Source: Shigella phage KNP5 | Length of the DNA: 64,000 bases | Sequence record: KX452698 | Direction: 5' to 3' (one strand) | Shown here: positions 43,438-53,650 of the stretch, piece after piece | Layout of the letters: every line of letters begins with the position of its first letter | Position numbering within the stretch: the stretch's first letter is position 1 | The notes under the pieces: model-generated | Seen by the model: the letters and a program-made list of their open reading frames with translations, nothing else | Databases searched by the model: none | Told to the model about the DNA's origin: nothing | Program-made: the position numbers and the translations under genes

Positions 43438-43552
43438 ATTTTACCCTTAATTGATTAACCAAGCATTGATAAGCACTAAACTATATTGTGAATAAAATTC
43501 TGGACCAAAATGAAAAATCATATCATTTATAGTGTCCATGATATAATTCAAT

Positions 43553-44023
43553 TTAATCATGTTTCCACACCCCATCAGTATTTGACCAAAGTCGCTGATT
43601 ATCTGATCCTCGCCACAGCTTTTTGGTCGGAAGATTTTTCTCATACTTCCCATCAATAATAACATCAACATATTTAAGCATTTCTAGTTGTTTAATATCT
43701 TCAAACTTATATCCTGTCCACAACCAAATGCTTTTATTTGGATAAAGATTTTTTACTGTTTGAACAATGCAATGAACAGCATCTCGGTTATCAGGATAGA
43801 GAGGGTCTCCTCCAGTTATAGTTAATCCTTCTATATAATCATTATTCAAACATTCAATTAATTGTTCTAGTGTTTCACCAGTGAATGGAACGCCATTTCT
43901 AGCATTCCATGTTGATTTATTATAACACCCTTCGCATTTATGCAAACACCCCGTAACGAAAAGAACGACCCTGCATCCAGGGCCATTCACAAAATCGCAA
44001 GGATAAAATCTATCATAATTCAT
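43553..44023 (-). CDS. nrdG: anaerobic ribonucleotide reductase activating protein NrdG (radical SAM)
   Basis: 156-aa ORF; CLHKCEGC radical-SAM cysteine motif; ATGA overlap with nrdD. Confidence 0.9.
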   Translation of the reverse strand: MNYDRFYPCDFVNGPGCRVVLFVTGCLHKCEGCYNKSTWNARNGVPFTGETLEQLIECLNNDYIEGLTITGGDPLYPDNRDAVHCIVQTVKNLYPNKSIWLWTGYKFEDIKQLEMLKYVDVIIDGKYEKNLPTKKLWRGSDNQRLWSNTDGVWKHD

Positions 44024-45837
44024 TGGTGTTTAACCCTATGCATGATTTCTTTATTTTTGCCGAGATTAAATCCGCGTTCATTCGGATTTCCCAAATAACC
44101 ACAAGTTCTTCTTATTGTGTTCATCTTTTTAGGATCAGTTTCTCCACAAATAGAACAAACAAATCCGTTTTCAGTAGGAGTCATTTCATGTGTACTTCCG
44201 CATGTAAAACACTTATCTACTGGCATATTAACGCCAAAATAATCTAAATGCTGTGCAGCATAATCCCATACAGCCTCAAGACCTTTTAGGTTATTTTTCA
44301 TATCAGGAAGTTCAACATAAGAAATGTGACCACCTGTCGCAATGAAATGATATGGTGCTTCACGAGAAATCTTTTCAAATGGAGTGATATTTTCTTCTAC
44401 TGAAACATGGAAACTATTAGTGTACCAGCCTTTATCAGTAACATCCTTTACACTTCCATATTTTTCAGTATCAAGTTTACAGAAGCGATAGCACAGGTTT
44501 TCAGCGGGAGTGGAATACAAGCTAAAAGCAAAACCAGTTCTTTCAGTCCACTGCTTAAGACGAGCATTCATTCTAGTTAAAATTTCCTGTCCAATATCAC
44601 GACCGATAAGAATATTCAATTCGTGAATACCAATGTATCCTAGGGACACTGAACTTCTACCGTTTTTAAATAACTCAATTATGTCGTCATCAGGTTTAAG
44701 ACGAACCCCGAATGCACCTTCTTGGTAAAGAATAGGAGCAACAGTCGCTTTAACTCCTTTTAAGGAACTAATTCTACACATCAAAGCTTCAAAACACAAA
44801 TCCATTCGTTCATTGAACAATTCGGCAAATTTCTGTTCATTGAATTGTGTTCCAATTTAAGAATCTAACGCAATGCGAGGAAGATTCAGTGTTACAACAC
44901 CAAGATTATTACGTCCATCAAGAATTTCATTACCAGTCGAATCTTTCCATACGCTTAAGAAACTGCGGCAACCCATTGGAGAAACAGGAATAGATGAACC
45001 GGTGATAGCTTTATTATTCTTAACTGAAATAATATCAGGATACATTCTTTTGCTTGCACACTCTAGAGCAAGCTGCTTAATATCATAGTTCGGATCGTCT
45101 TTATAAAGATTAACACCTTCTTCAACGAACATAACAAGCTTAGGGAAAATAGGAGTTATCCCATCGCGACCAAGGCCTTTAATACGATTTTTCAGAATTG
45201 CTTTCTGAATCATTCGTTCAGTCCAGTCAGTTCCCGTACCAAATGTAATTGTTACAAAAGGCGTTTGTCCGTTTGAACTAAAGAGAGTATTTACTTCATA
45301 TTCATAAGCTTGGAATGCATCGTATACGTCTTTTTCTGTTTTAGATTGGGCATAATTCAACGCATCAGCGATTTGCCATTTTTCTGCATCCTCAATATGT
45401 TTTGCATAGGTGCGTTTAACATAAGGAGAAAGTACTTTATCTACATTAGCAAAAGTCGTTCCGCCGTACTGATGTGAAGCAACCTGTGCGGTAATTTGTG
45501 CCATAATTGCAGTAGCAACACCGATTGATTTAGGAGTTTCAATCTGTGCATTACCGAGCTTAAATCCGTTCTCAAGCATTCCTTTTAAATCTACTAAACA
45601 GCAATTAGTAAATGGAAGAGCAGGGGAATAATCAATATCATGGAAATGAATAATTCCGCTTTCATGCGCTTTCATAATAAAAGACGGGACCATATTTTTG
45701 GCAATGTGTTTAGACACAATACCAGCCATAAGGTCCCGTTGAGTTGGAAAAACACGAGAATCTTTATTAGCATTCTCGTTCAAAAGGTCTTTATTAGTTT
45801 TATGAATCAATCCTTCAATTTCTTTTTCAATTGTCAT
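44020..45837 (-). CDS. nrdD: anaerobic ribonucleoside-triphosphate reductase NrdD (class III), single 605-codon frame containing an in-frame TAA at 44857..44859; no intron
   Basis: ORF segments 44860..45837 (326 aa) and 44020..44820 (266 aa) are in the same frame, separated by one TAA and 12 sense codons; C-terminus has the CxxC...CxxC zinc site and the glycyl-radical motif RRTCGYLG. Confidence 0.85.
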
Positions 45838-46307
45838 TTTAAACTCTTTCTAAGCTGCTTCTTAAATGAAGCTATTAATTGTGTTTTAGTGTCAGATTCA
45901 TTATATTCAAATCCTCTTTGAAGCATCTCAGCCATCATTTCCTCTTTTCCTAAACGAGAAAATTCCTTTGATTTATCTCCAACGAAGTTAGGGTGAATAT
46001 TATTTTGGGTGTAATCGGATTTTAAATAAGTAAGTAAATTTTCCAACCATTCAAGATAATCAACACCTTGTCCCTTTAAGCCAGAACGATTAAATTTGTG
46101 CTTCATTTGACCTTCCGCAGCGTTGCAGAGATTACAGAGCAATCCACGCACCTTTCCTGCTTTTGGTCCATTTAATTCATGGTCATGGTCGAGGTGATTA
46201 GCTTGAACATCAGGATTTAGTTCTCGTTGGCAAATTAAGCATTTACCGTTTTGCGCATTATAAAATTTTTGTTTTTCTTCTTTGTATAATTTGCCAGTCA
46301 ATAACAT
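45834..46307 (-). CDS. 49: endonuclease VII (Holliday junction resolvase) gp49
   Basis: 157-aa ORF with Cys-rich zinc site (CLICQ...CNLCN) and H-N-H-like core; size as T4 gp49. Confidence 0.9.
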   Translation of the reverse strand: MLLTGKLYKEEKQKFYNAQNGKCLICQRELNPDVQANHLDHDHELNGPKAGKVRGLLCNLCNAAEGQMKHKFNRSGLKGQGVDYLEWLENLLTYLKSDYTQNNIHPNFVGDKSKEFSRLGKEEMMAEMLQRGFEYNESDTKTQLIASFKKQLRKSLK

Positions 46308-46314
46308 AATAAAA

Positions 46315-46339
46315 ACCCTTACCTTGAATAGATAAGGGT
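46315..46339 (-). promoter_or_regulatory. hairpin sequestering the gene 49 SD, with a late-promoter-like AATAAATA just upstream
   Basis: mRNA ACCCUUA-(11 nt loop)-UAAGGGU; the SD (AAGGG) lies in the 3' arm 8 nt before the AUG. Confidence 0.5.
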
Positions 46340-46350
46340 ATTTATTATTT

Positions 46351-46527
46351 TCAAGTATTGTAAAACATTCGATGCAATCGCTTATATTGCCGAATCATCT
46401 TTTTAGTAGGTCGAACATAAGTTCCTACACAAGTGGTCATATTAGAGTCGGTAGGACTTCCTTTAATAAAAAGTTTCCAAACCTTACCACCATTTAACTT
46501 TTCAGTATAAATTAATTCGGTTTTCAT
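46351..46527 (-). CDS. hypothetical small protein (58 aa)
   Basis: my own translation MKTELIYTEKLNGGKVWKLFIKGSPTDSNMTTCVGTYVRPTKKMIRQYKRLHRMFYNT; TAATG overlap with the upstream gene. Confidence 0.4.
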   Translation of the reverse strand: MKTELIYTEKLNGGKVWKLFIKGSPTDSNMTTCVGTYVRPTKKMIRQYKRLHRMFYNT

Positions 46528-46973
46528 TAAAACGCTCGGTCAGAAAAAGAATTTTGAGTTTCAAGCCATTCAATATATTCTGCCGCAGCTTGCATTAAAT
46601 TTCCTTCATAACCATCGTTATTTTCTTGTGCAGCTAATTTAGCTAATGCGTATGAAATACGTTCACCTTGAAAAGCGGCTTCAGGCTTCCGAATAACTTG
46701 ACTAGTTCGTTCTACAACTTCTTCAATTTCGCCATTTTCTACTGATTCAGTATTCCACAAGCACCAATACGTAATTGGCTTATCGTAAATGTTAATAATC
46801 TTTCCATCAGAAAGTTCAATTTCAATAATTCCAGTATCAGGTTCTATATCATCTTCGCATTCTTTTGTAAGTTCACGAACTTTAAAGACAGTACCTGCAC
46901 TAAGTTCCGGCCAGTAATTACACAACCCTTTATCAGCACGATTAATTCTAAACCACTTATCTACTGTAATCAT
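46527..46973 (-). CDS. hypothetical protein (148 aa); at the position where T4 carries pin
   Basis: ATG 46973 with GGAG SD (the ORF-track start is TTG). Confidence 0.5.
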   Translation of the reverse strand: MITVDKWFRINRADKGLCNYWPELSAGTVFKVRELTKECEDDIEPDTGIIEIELSDGKIINIYDKPITYWCLWNTESVENGEIEEVVERTSQVIRKPEAAFQGERISYALAKLAAQENNDGYEGNLMQAAAEYIEWLETQNSFSDRAF

Positions 46974-47096
46974 GTCCCATCTCCATATCAATTATGTCAT
47001 TTATCGTTAGTTCATTATATACTGTTTCTTCATCAGTGTAAACCGGTTCTTCCGGCTCTGGCTCTACAGTTTCCCATCTAGCCGCCCACCAAGGTT

Positions 47097-47417
47097 TTAT
47101 AGCGTAATCCATTCTCGTACTGTCTGAGTTACTACGCGTTCACGAGGCTCGACTAGTTCAACAGTCGGAACTGCATAATACCAGTCAGAATGGTAAGAAC
47201 CTGAGCGAGTTTCATTTACGGAAACATGTACATTGTGTTTTGGACTAAAATAAACACACTGACGATATTGGCATTTACCATCTTGCACCCAGTCTTCTAT
47301 TTCGATAGGTTTAAGATAATCTGAAAAATCGAAATCATAATTTTCTGAAAATGCATCATGGTCTTCGATGATTTCGCTCAGAACTGCATCAACATCTAAT
47401 TTATTTTCAATATTCAT
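47097..47417 (-). CDS. hypothetical protein (106 aa)
   Basis: ORF. Confidence 0.55.
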   Translation of the reverse strand: MNIENKLDVDAVLSEIIEDHDAFSENYDFDFSDYLKPIEIEDWVQDGKCQYRQCVYFSPKHNVHVSVNETRSGSYHSDWYYAVPTVELVEPRERVVTQTVREWITL

Positions 47418-47427
47418 TTTTCACCAA

Positions 47428-47598
47428 TTAATTTCGCAATTTATTAAGTTCTTCATAATCAATCCAGGATTCTAATCCTGATGGCAAATCAGATTCAATT
47501 TCCCAAAGAAGCTCTTCAATTTTCTGAAGACGATCTAATTCTTCAGCTGGAATAGTAACCATCGACGGAGTTCTTGATACACTAATATCGTAAATCAT
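47428..47598 (-). CDS. hypothetical small protein (56 aa)
   Basis: internal ATG 47598 chosen to avoid overlap with the upstream gene. Confidence 0.4.
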   Translation of the reverse strand: MIYDISVSRTPSMVTIPAEELDRLQKIEELLWEIESDLPSGLESWIDYEELNKLRN

Positions 47599-47600
47599 AT

Positions 47601-47816
47601 TTACCCCAATTTGACCATACAATCGCCATATTTCCATTTAGAAATAGACTTTTCACCATTAGAATAATAAACTTCGAGTTTAGCACGGTTATTTTTAATT
47701 TGAATAACCTTGGCTGTCATCAAAGTTCCATATCCATAATAAACTGCAACCTCATCACCTACATATACCGCGCTTCCGCGATAGTCATGGATATAATCAG
47801 TTCCTTCGAGCATCAT
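47601..47816 (-). CDS. hypothetical protein (71 aa)
   Basis: ORF, ATGA overlap with the nrdC stop. Confidence 0.5.
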   Translation of the reverse strand: MMLEGTDYIHDYRGSAVYVGDEVAVYYGYGTLMTAKVIQIKNNRAKLEVYYSNGEKSISKWKYGDCMVKLG

Positions 47817-48076
47817 TTAAAGTATTCCCGCAATTGGTCAAATCCGCCAATATGACTTCCATCAGGAGCAAATACCTGAGGCATCGTCAAACCAATTTGA
47901 GTATCACGACCTAGTTTCGTCAGAAGCTCAGCGATTTTCTCATCATCAAAAACACCTTTTTCCGGCATAATATTGATAAATTCAAACGGCTGTTTCTTAA
48001 CAGTCAAAAGACGTTTTGCATTATCGCAATACACACATTTGTGGATGTTGCTATCATAACCATATACTTTAAACAT
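47813..48076 (-). CDS. nrdC: thioredoxin/glutaredoxin NrdC
   Basis: 87-aa ORF MFKVYGYDSNIHKCVYCDNAKRLL... with CVYC active site; as T4 thioredoxin. Confidence 0.93.
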   Translation of the reverse strand: MFKVYGYDSNIHKCVYCDNAKRLLTVKKQPFEFINIMPEKGVFDDEKIAELLTKLGRDTQIGLTMPQVFAPDGSHIGGFDQLREYFK

Positions 48077-48077
48077 A

Positions 48078-48320
48078 TTATTCCTTAATTCCTAGTACTT
48101 GTTTAAAAGTCTCGTCGTAATCAAGACTTTGGCCCGTTTGTTCTTTATGTTTGTATATAATATCACTTACTTCTGATAGCATATTTTTATATGAACGAGT
48201 TAAAGCAGATTTAAGCACGCTGTATCTATCAGGAAATTTACCATGTTCATTATAATACGCTATTGCTAATTCACGGACTGCCTTTTCAGCAGTCTTCATA
48301 TATTCTTTACGCTTGGCCAT
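48078..48320 (-). CDS. hypothetical protein (80 aa)
   Basis: ORF. Confidence 0.55.
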   Translation of the reverse strand: MAKRKEYMKTAEKAVRELAIAYYNEHGKFPDRYSVLKSALTRSYKNMLSEVSDIIYKHKEQTGQSLDYDETFKQVLGIKE

Positions 48321-48624
48321 TTTCTTCTCGGTTAAATCGGTGTTTGCAATGACGGCATTTATAACGAAGAATACTAGTCTGCCAATGAATTAATTGAACC
48401 TGTTCAGTACCGCATTCAGGGCAATTAGGAACGTTTTTAGAAGCCCTTTCGCGACGTTCAACCATAGCCATAATAGCATCCCAGGCTGGAGGTTTAAAAT
48501 CTAAATCATCACAACCATGAATCTTTCCACGCATTTCCAGATCGTCTTCTTCACCAGCCATAATAATTTTAATTAGACTTGAATTACTTGAAGCTGCAAT
48601 GTCTTCTAATAGACGCTTTTTCAT
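48307..48624 (-). CDS. hypothetical protein with C-terminal zinc-ribbon (CPECG...CRHCKH)
   Basis: 105-aa ORF; two Cx2C pairs about 20 aa apart. Confidence 0.55.
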   Translation of the reverse strand: MKKRLLEDIAASSNSSLIKIIMAGEEDDLEMRGKIHGCDDLDFKPPAWDAIMAMVERRERASKNVPNCPECGTEQVQLIHWQTSILRYKCRHCKHRFNREENGQA

Positions 48625-49550
48625 TTCAATACCTCAATGGCATTACGTAAACCATTTGCTTTTGCATTAAGAGCTTTTAACAATTTGGTGTGTTCGGCAA
48701 TCTGGGCTTCAACTTCAATCAAGCGAGCATTGAGATATTCACGTTCTTCGCTCAAGTTATCAGCCTTTTCTACTTTAGGTTCTTTTACGTTTGGCTTATA
48801 TGTATTAGGGTTCTTCAGTTTAATTAGAATACGTGAACTGTATAACATTGAACCATTATCTTCGGTTTCGTCATACATTTCTACTACGTCCATGATTTTT
48901 AACATCATGCGGAGTTTATAAGACAACGAACGAATAGTTTTGTTGTGCTTATTAATTTCTCTAGAGTTCATGGTGCCGAGATTACGTGAGTAATAATAAG
49001 GAACCTGGATATTAATTAACACTGATGAACCACCTGGCTTGTGTGTTACTTCATCAGCAATAACCCAATCCTTAACATGAACTGTATTTGTACGGTCATC
49101 GCCTGCGGTAAATAGTTTGCGAGCATGCTTAAAAAGCATATTCACTTGGGCATTGAATTGACAAGCAAATTTATCAGCAAATTTAGTTTCAGGAATGGTA
49201 GATAACCAATCAGCCAAATGGGTCTTTTTAACATCGTTAACAATAGTAAATTCAACCAAATCGGTTATAGATGTCGTAGATTTAATGAAGCTCGGCTTCA
49301 TAAAGTTTTTAATGTTATCGCGAGCTACAGTAGAAGATAACATACGAGAACGTTTAAACCATTCAAGCAAATTGCCTAACGAATGAGAATAAGCGTTTTG
49401 AGTATCTTTACAGATATGATTTTCCTGGCCAACATATTGAAGGAAATCACGAAGAATATTATTGATTACTGCTCTGTGTCCGATCTGATAATTACGGTGT
49501 TTAGTAATAAGACTGTCAAAATAATCAATATAATGTTTACGAGTTTTCAT
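48621..49550 (-). CDS. hypothetical protein, member 1 of a tandem paralog family with C-terminal coiled coil
   Basis: 309-aa ORF; C-terminal heptad-like segment; shared motif ...KIMDVV... Confidence 0.6.
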   Translation of the reverse strand: MKTRKHYIDYFDSLITKHRNYQIGHRAVINNILRDFLQYVGQENHICKDTQNAYSHSLGNLLEWFKRSRMLSSTVARDNIKNFMKPSFIKSTTSITDLVEFTIVNDVKKTHLADWLSTIPETKFADKFACQFNAQVNMLFKHARKLFTAGDDRTNTVHVKDWVIADEVTHKPGGSSVLINIQVPYYYSRNLGTMNSREINKHNKTIRSLSYKLRMMLKIMDVVEMYDETEDNGSMLYSSRILIKLKNPNTYKPNVKEPKVEKADNLSEEREYLNARLIEVEAQIAEHTKLLKALNAKANGLRNAIEVLK

Positions 49551-49602
49551 GTTCTTCTCACTTGGTTAATGATTTATACTCCGAGCCATCCTTGGCTTTA
49601 AA

Positions 49603-50604
49603 TTACTTAATTAACTGTAAAGCTTGTTCAAGACGATCCAGGCGATTAACAGATTCTTCCCAAATCCTTTTAGCCTGCTCATATTCTTTCTGTGCTTTAT
49701 TAGAAATTTCTAGAACTTCTTTATAAGCTTTTTCTAATGCAATAACTTCTGGACGAATTTCTACCGGTTCAGGTGAATCATCAAGATTATCCATTAGTTC
49801 CTCAAGGGTAGTTTCTTCTTTAGGAGTATTCACAATTTCTTCACATTTTTGTTGGTAAATTTCTTTATCAGTCGGTGAGTACGCACATTTCACTTCACGA
49901 AGGCTAATTATAATTTTATATCCTTCCCAACCACACATATTTTTGAAAGGATATGTATGAATACTTTTTACAGTTTCCATACAGCCCAAAGCCGCCTCTA
50001 ATTGATAAGTTATAGTGCTAGCAATTGAGAAAAATTTATTAATATTCTTTTGGTTAGCGTTTGGTGTAAAAAATCCATAATTCACAAAAATAGCTACTTT
50101 ATTTTTATCAAGCTCATTTTCTTTTACGATAATCATATCAGAAGCCAAAGGATGAATTTGACGATAATCGCCATAACATAATTTAGAAGCTGATTTTAGA
50201 ATTTGTCCTTTGAAAAGTCTGAAATTACTAATCCAACGACGAGTAAAAATATTCTCAGGATCTTCTTTATTATTAAGATGATAAGAATTAACATCACCGA
50301 ACCAATTATATCCTACTACATCTTTAGTTCGTTTAATTTCTTTCCCAAATTTACTAAGAATATCTCTGTTGACTAAGTATGAAAGAAGACGAGAACCTTT
50401 AAAGGTTTCCTTAATGTCATCTTTATATGTACGACTAGAAATTTCACAAACTTCATAAATAAATTTGTCGGAAGAAACAATACTTGCACTAGTATTATTG
50501 ATCCATTGATTGATAATAGAAATCACACTATTCTGACTAGACATAGGTTTAACTTTATCATCAATAACGCTATTGAACGATTTGATATATTCGTTACGAG
50601 TCAT
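49603..50604 (-). CDS. hypothetical protein, member 2 of the tandem paralog family
   Basis: ATG 50604 with GGAG SD (333 aa); C-terminal coiled coil. Confidence 0.6.
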   Translation of the reverse strand: MTRNEYIKSFNSVIDDKVKPMSSQNSVISIINQWINNTSASIVSSDKFIYEVCEISSRTYKDDIKETFKGSRLLSYLVNRDILSKFGKEIKRTKDVVGYNWFGDVNSYHLNNKEDPENIFTRRWISNFRLFKGQILKSASKLCYGDYRQIHPLASDMIIVKENELDKNKVAIFVNYGFFTPNANQKNINKFFSIASTITYQLEAALGCMETVKSIHTYPFKNMCGWEGYKIIISLREVKCAYSPTDKEIYQQKCEEIVNTPKEETTLEELMDNLDDSPEPVEIRPEVIALEKAYKEVLEISNKAQKEYEQAKRIWEESVNRLDRLEQALQLIK

Positions 50605-50661
50605 ATTAATCTCCTCAGTAGAAAGTAAGAACATTATACCACATCCTTGTGGCAAAGTAAA

Positions 50662-51684
50662 CTAGTTTAGTGCATTTAGTGCATTGTTCAGTTTAGAACG
50701 TTGCTTTGTCAGATTTTGAACCCTTGACTGAGCTTGTTCTAACACCTTTTCAGCTTCTAGCACTTCATTGGTCGCTTTAACGAGTTCATCATCTACTGCC
50801 TTAAGAGACTTCTCAATCGCATCGGCGTGCCATTTTTCTACAGGTTTAAAATTTGAATTTTCAGTAGGAAGAAAACTCACTTTATTAAGTTTACATGCAT
50901 CTATATTGCTTGAGCTATACATCCAAAATTTAGGATCGTTTGATGAGTAATTGGATAAATTTAAGATATCTTGCACTTCCTGCTTTTTCTCTTGCGGGAC
51001 TTCGTCCTTTCTCAAAAAATCGTATTTAAATGAAACGAACATATCAAGTTCATACGTTGTTGTGTCTAATTTAAATCGCTCAAAACGAGGTAAAATCTTA
51101 GACTGAACAGCGGCAACAACATCCATATACTTAAATGCTTCTGTCAATTGCGATTTAAGGCATTCGCAAATTGAAAGAGAATTTTTTGTGTTAGGTTTAA
51201 AGCTAATTCGCGCAGTTCTGTTATTTTCTTTTAATGGTCTTACTTCCATCTGAAGAGTATAACCATCAAATTTCAGGTTCTTTAAGTTAATGTCAGAACC
51301 TTTTAATCGACTAGCCGTCGACAAAATTTGCTTTAATTGTTTACGGAACAGAGCAATAAATCTCCATTCAATACGATAATGATTTGGATTGAAAAATCCA
51401 GATGATAAATCGACCTTACTTTGACCAACGCCTTGAACAAATAGAGGATTTTTATAATCAATAGTTTTACAGAAATTGGTGAGTTGCTCACGAGCCGTCA
51501 TTTGTGTAATATACCCCGCTTTACTAAAATTACTCACCCATTCACTGCTATTTAGATATTTAAAGTGATGAATAGCACGATTAACTTTATCAGGGTCTAA
51601 ATTATTTTCGCACAAAAATGTCATAACATTACGAGTATCGCTGGCAGTACGAACCATATCTTCAATTTGAGAACGAGTTTTCAT
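50662..51684 (-). CDS. hypothetical protein, member 3 of the tandem paralog family
   Basis: 340-aa ORF starting MKTR like member 1; motif ...FKYMDVV...; C-terminal coiled coil. Confidence 0.6.
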   Translation of the reverse strand: MKTRSQIEDMVRTASDTRNVMTFLCENNLDPDKVNRAIHHFKYLNSSEWVSNFSKAGYITQMTAREQLTNFCKTIDYKNPLFVQGVGQSKVDLSSGFFNPNHYRIEWRFIALFRKQLKQILSTASRLKGSDINLKNLKFDGYTLQMEVRPLKENNRTARISFKPNTKNSLSICECLKSQLTEAFKYMDVVAAVQSKILPRFERFKLDTTTYELDMFVSFKYDFLRKDEVPQEKKQEVQDILNLSNYSSNDPKFWMYSSSNIDACKLNKVSFLPTENSNFKPVEKWHADAIEKSLKAVDDELVKATNEVLEAEKVLEQAQSRVQNLTKQRSKLNNALNALN

Positions 51685-51692
51685 GGTATTCC

Positions 51693-52583
51693 TTAAGATT
51701 TAAGTAAATCGACAATTTTAATTAACTTTTCACGCTCAGATTTAGCTTTACTACTCAATCCAGATAGTCTGAAAATTTCATCATCATATTGTTGAATAGA
51801 AATATTCAGCTCTTCAATCTGTTTATTAAAATAATCAATTTGTTCAGAATGTTTTTCGTTACTATGAACTTGTACAGGTTTTGTAGGCAATTTAGTTGAA
51901 CTGGATTCATCCGGGCGATAAATTAAAATACAACTTGAACCAATAGGGCATTTTGCACCAGATGAATATTCTAATGTTTCAGCTTCTTTTAAAACTTCAA
52001 AAGCTAAACAGAGATGATGACCCATATTGACATAATCTGTAGAGTGAGCTCTGATATAATAATCATCGCCACGAGTACTAAATTTAAAGCATTTAAGGTC
52101 TTCTGTATTATTGGTCTTAAAAATCATTTGTTTATCTAGACCTTTAGCTAATCGAGCGCCTAATGCTAATAATCGTCGTTGATTTTCCCACAAATCCGCA
52201 ATCATTTGATCGAATGATAATTTTGGCATTAGTCGACCATAAAGGTCATATCCTTTATTATAATTACGAAGGATTTCACTCGCGTTAATACGAGACAATG
52301 CTCCAATTTTATTAAGGGCTTTCATAATGCGATTAGATAAACTCATTCCAGACCCGTTTGTTCGCTGCAAATGTTTTTCTAATCCAAATCCAATATCAAC
52401 TTTAAACTTATCTAAAATTTCTGCATGAACATCTCTGTCAATAACATTTAAATCCAAAGTTGGGTTAAATCTATGAAAAAATTTATCTGGCTCTGCACTG
52501 CGAAATACAGTCCATTCATTCATCATTTTTTTATTAACTAAAGATTTAATTACTGCATTGACATTATTAATTACTACTGACAT
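51693..52583 (-). CDS. hypothetical protein, member 4 of the tandem paralog family
   Basis: ATG 52583 with GAGGAAA SD (296 aa); C-terminal coiled coil. Confidence 0.55.
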   Translation of the reverse strand: MSVVINNVNAVIKSLVNKKMMNEWTVFRSAEPDKFFHRFNPTLDLNVIDRDVHAEILDKFKVDIGFGLEKHLQRTNGSGMSLSNRIMKALNKIGALSRINASEILRNYNKGYDLYGRLMPKLSFDQMIADLWENQRRLLALGARLAKGLDKQMIFKTNNTEDLKCFKFSTRGDDYYIRAHSTDYVNMGHHLCLAFEVLKEAETLEYSSGAKCPIGSSCILIYRPDESSSTKLPTKPVQVHSNEKHSEQIDYFNKQIEELNISIQQYDDEIFRLSGLSSKAKSEREKLIKIVDLLKS

Positions 52584-52590
52584 ATTTTCC

Positions 52591-52998
52591 TCACTCAATT
52601 TCAATTTTACTAAATATACAGAATAAGATGGAACAGACTATATAAGCACCACACACAGATTGAACTAATACCATTCCAAAGAACCAAACAATATTATCAA
52701 ACAATGTCTGTTTTACGTCGAAAGGACGTAAACTTACAGTAATATTATCACCTTTTTCTATTGAAGAATACATCTCTGGGGAAATATATTCACTAAATCT
52801 ATAGCCGTCTTTAAGTTCATATACTGCAATAAACGATAAACTAGACCCTTTTCCTTGTGTTCCTGTAATGGTATTAACTACAGTAACATCATAATCTTTA
52901 TAATGCATATAATCATTAATTGCGTAATAACCATATGCAACTACTACACATAAACAACATATCAATAAATTCAATCTTTTAATTATCAACTGTTTCAT
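52591..52998 (-). CDS. membrane protein (135 aa, N- and C-terminal TM helices)
   Basis: hydrophobic segments LLICCLCVVVAYGYYAI and IVWFFGMVLVQSVCGAYIVCSILFCIF. Confidence 0.55.
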   Translation of the reverse strand: MKQLIIKRLNLLICCLCVVVAYGYYAINDYMHYKDYDVTVVNTITGTQGKGSSLSFIAVYELKDGYRFSEYISPEMYSSIEKGDNITVSLRPFDVKQTLFDNIVWFFGMVLVQSVCGAYIVCSILFCIFSKIEIE

Positions 52999-53053
52999 AA
53001 TAATCTCAATTAAAAGGGCTTAGAACCATTATACCATCCTTGGTATAAAGCGG

Positions 53054-53581
53054 TTATGCGAGTACCGTCTTTAACCGTTCTTCAAACTTCCGAAGAGTAT
53101 TTTGGCGTTCAGCTCTTTGCTTTTTGTAAGTTTCAATACGCTCTGAAATGAGAGAGTATCGTTCATTTACTGATTCTTTCATAAAATCAGGAATTTCACG
53201 AGAAGCTTTAATCTCGTCAAATTTATCAATAACAGCTTGCTCTTCAGCAATTAAGTTATCATACATTAAAATATCTTTCTTGATGAACTCAATATCTTCT
53301 TGAGTTACACGAGATAATTTAGATGCTTTATCCTTTTTGTACTGTTCGTTAGTATCACGAGACCAGTGTAATGTACGATTTTTATTCGTATTCTTGTAAA
53401 TTTCTACAATACCGATCTCATCGATAATAACGATCCAATTCCAACGGGATTTGTAAATTTGTCCTCCATCAACAGTGATTTCACCTCCGATTGAGATGTC
53501 ATTAAAGAACTTGCTTTGTGCCTCAGATTTAAATTTACCATCGTTGTAATTTACCAAGTTGAAAATATCTTTAGCGTTCAT
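53054..53581 (-). CDS. hypothetical protein (175 aa)
   Basis: ORF directly downstream of an early promoter and GGAGG SD. Confidence 0.6.
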   Translation of the reverse strand: MNAKDIFNLVNYNDGKFKSEAQSKFFNDISIGGEITVDGGQIYKSRWNWIVIIDEIGIVEIYKNTNKNRTLHWSRDTNEQYKKDKASKLSRVTQEDIEFIKKDILMYDNLIAEEQAVIDKFDEIKASREIPDFMKESVNERYSLISERIETYKKQRAERQNTLRKFEERLKTVLA

Positions 53582-53605
53582 TTTGTGTTCCTCCGTAGTT
53601 GATAG

Positions 53606-53650
53606 TTGTATAGTACCACAGAGGAACAGTCTTGTAAACCACTAAAAGAA
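53606..53650 (-). promoter_or_regulatory. T4-type early promoter
   Basis: gtaaac at 53634..53639, atagta at 53609..53614; shared 21-nt core GTTGATAGTTGTATAGTACCA on the plus strand. Confidence 0.65.

Noticed and set aside
43447-43671. 74-aa ORF overlapping the 3' end of nrdG
   Set aside because: Alternate frame within nrdG; no independent start signals.
44821-44856. The short spacer between the two nrdD ORF pieces as a possible group I intron or remnant
   Set aside because: It is only 36 nt, it is in frame with both pieces, and it encodes plausible sense codons; the interruption is a single TAA, not an insertion.
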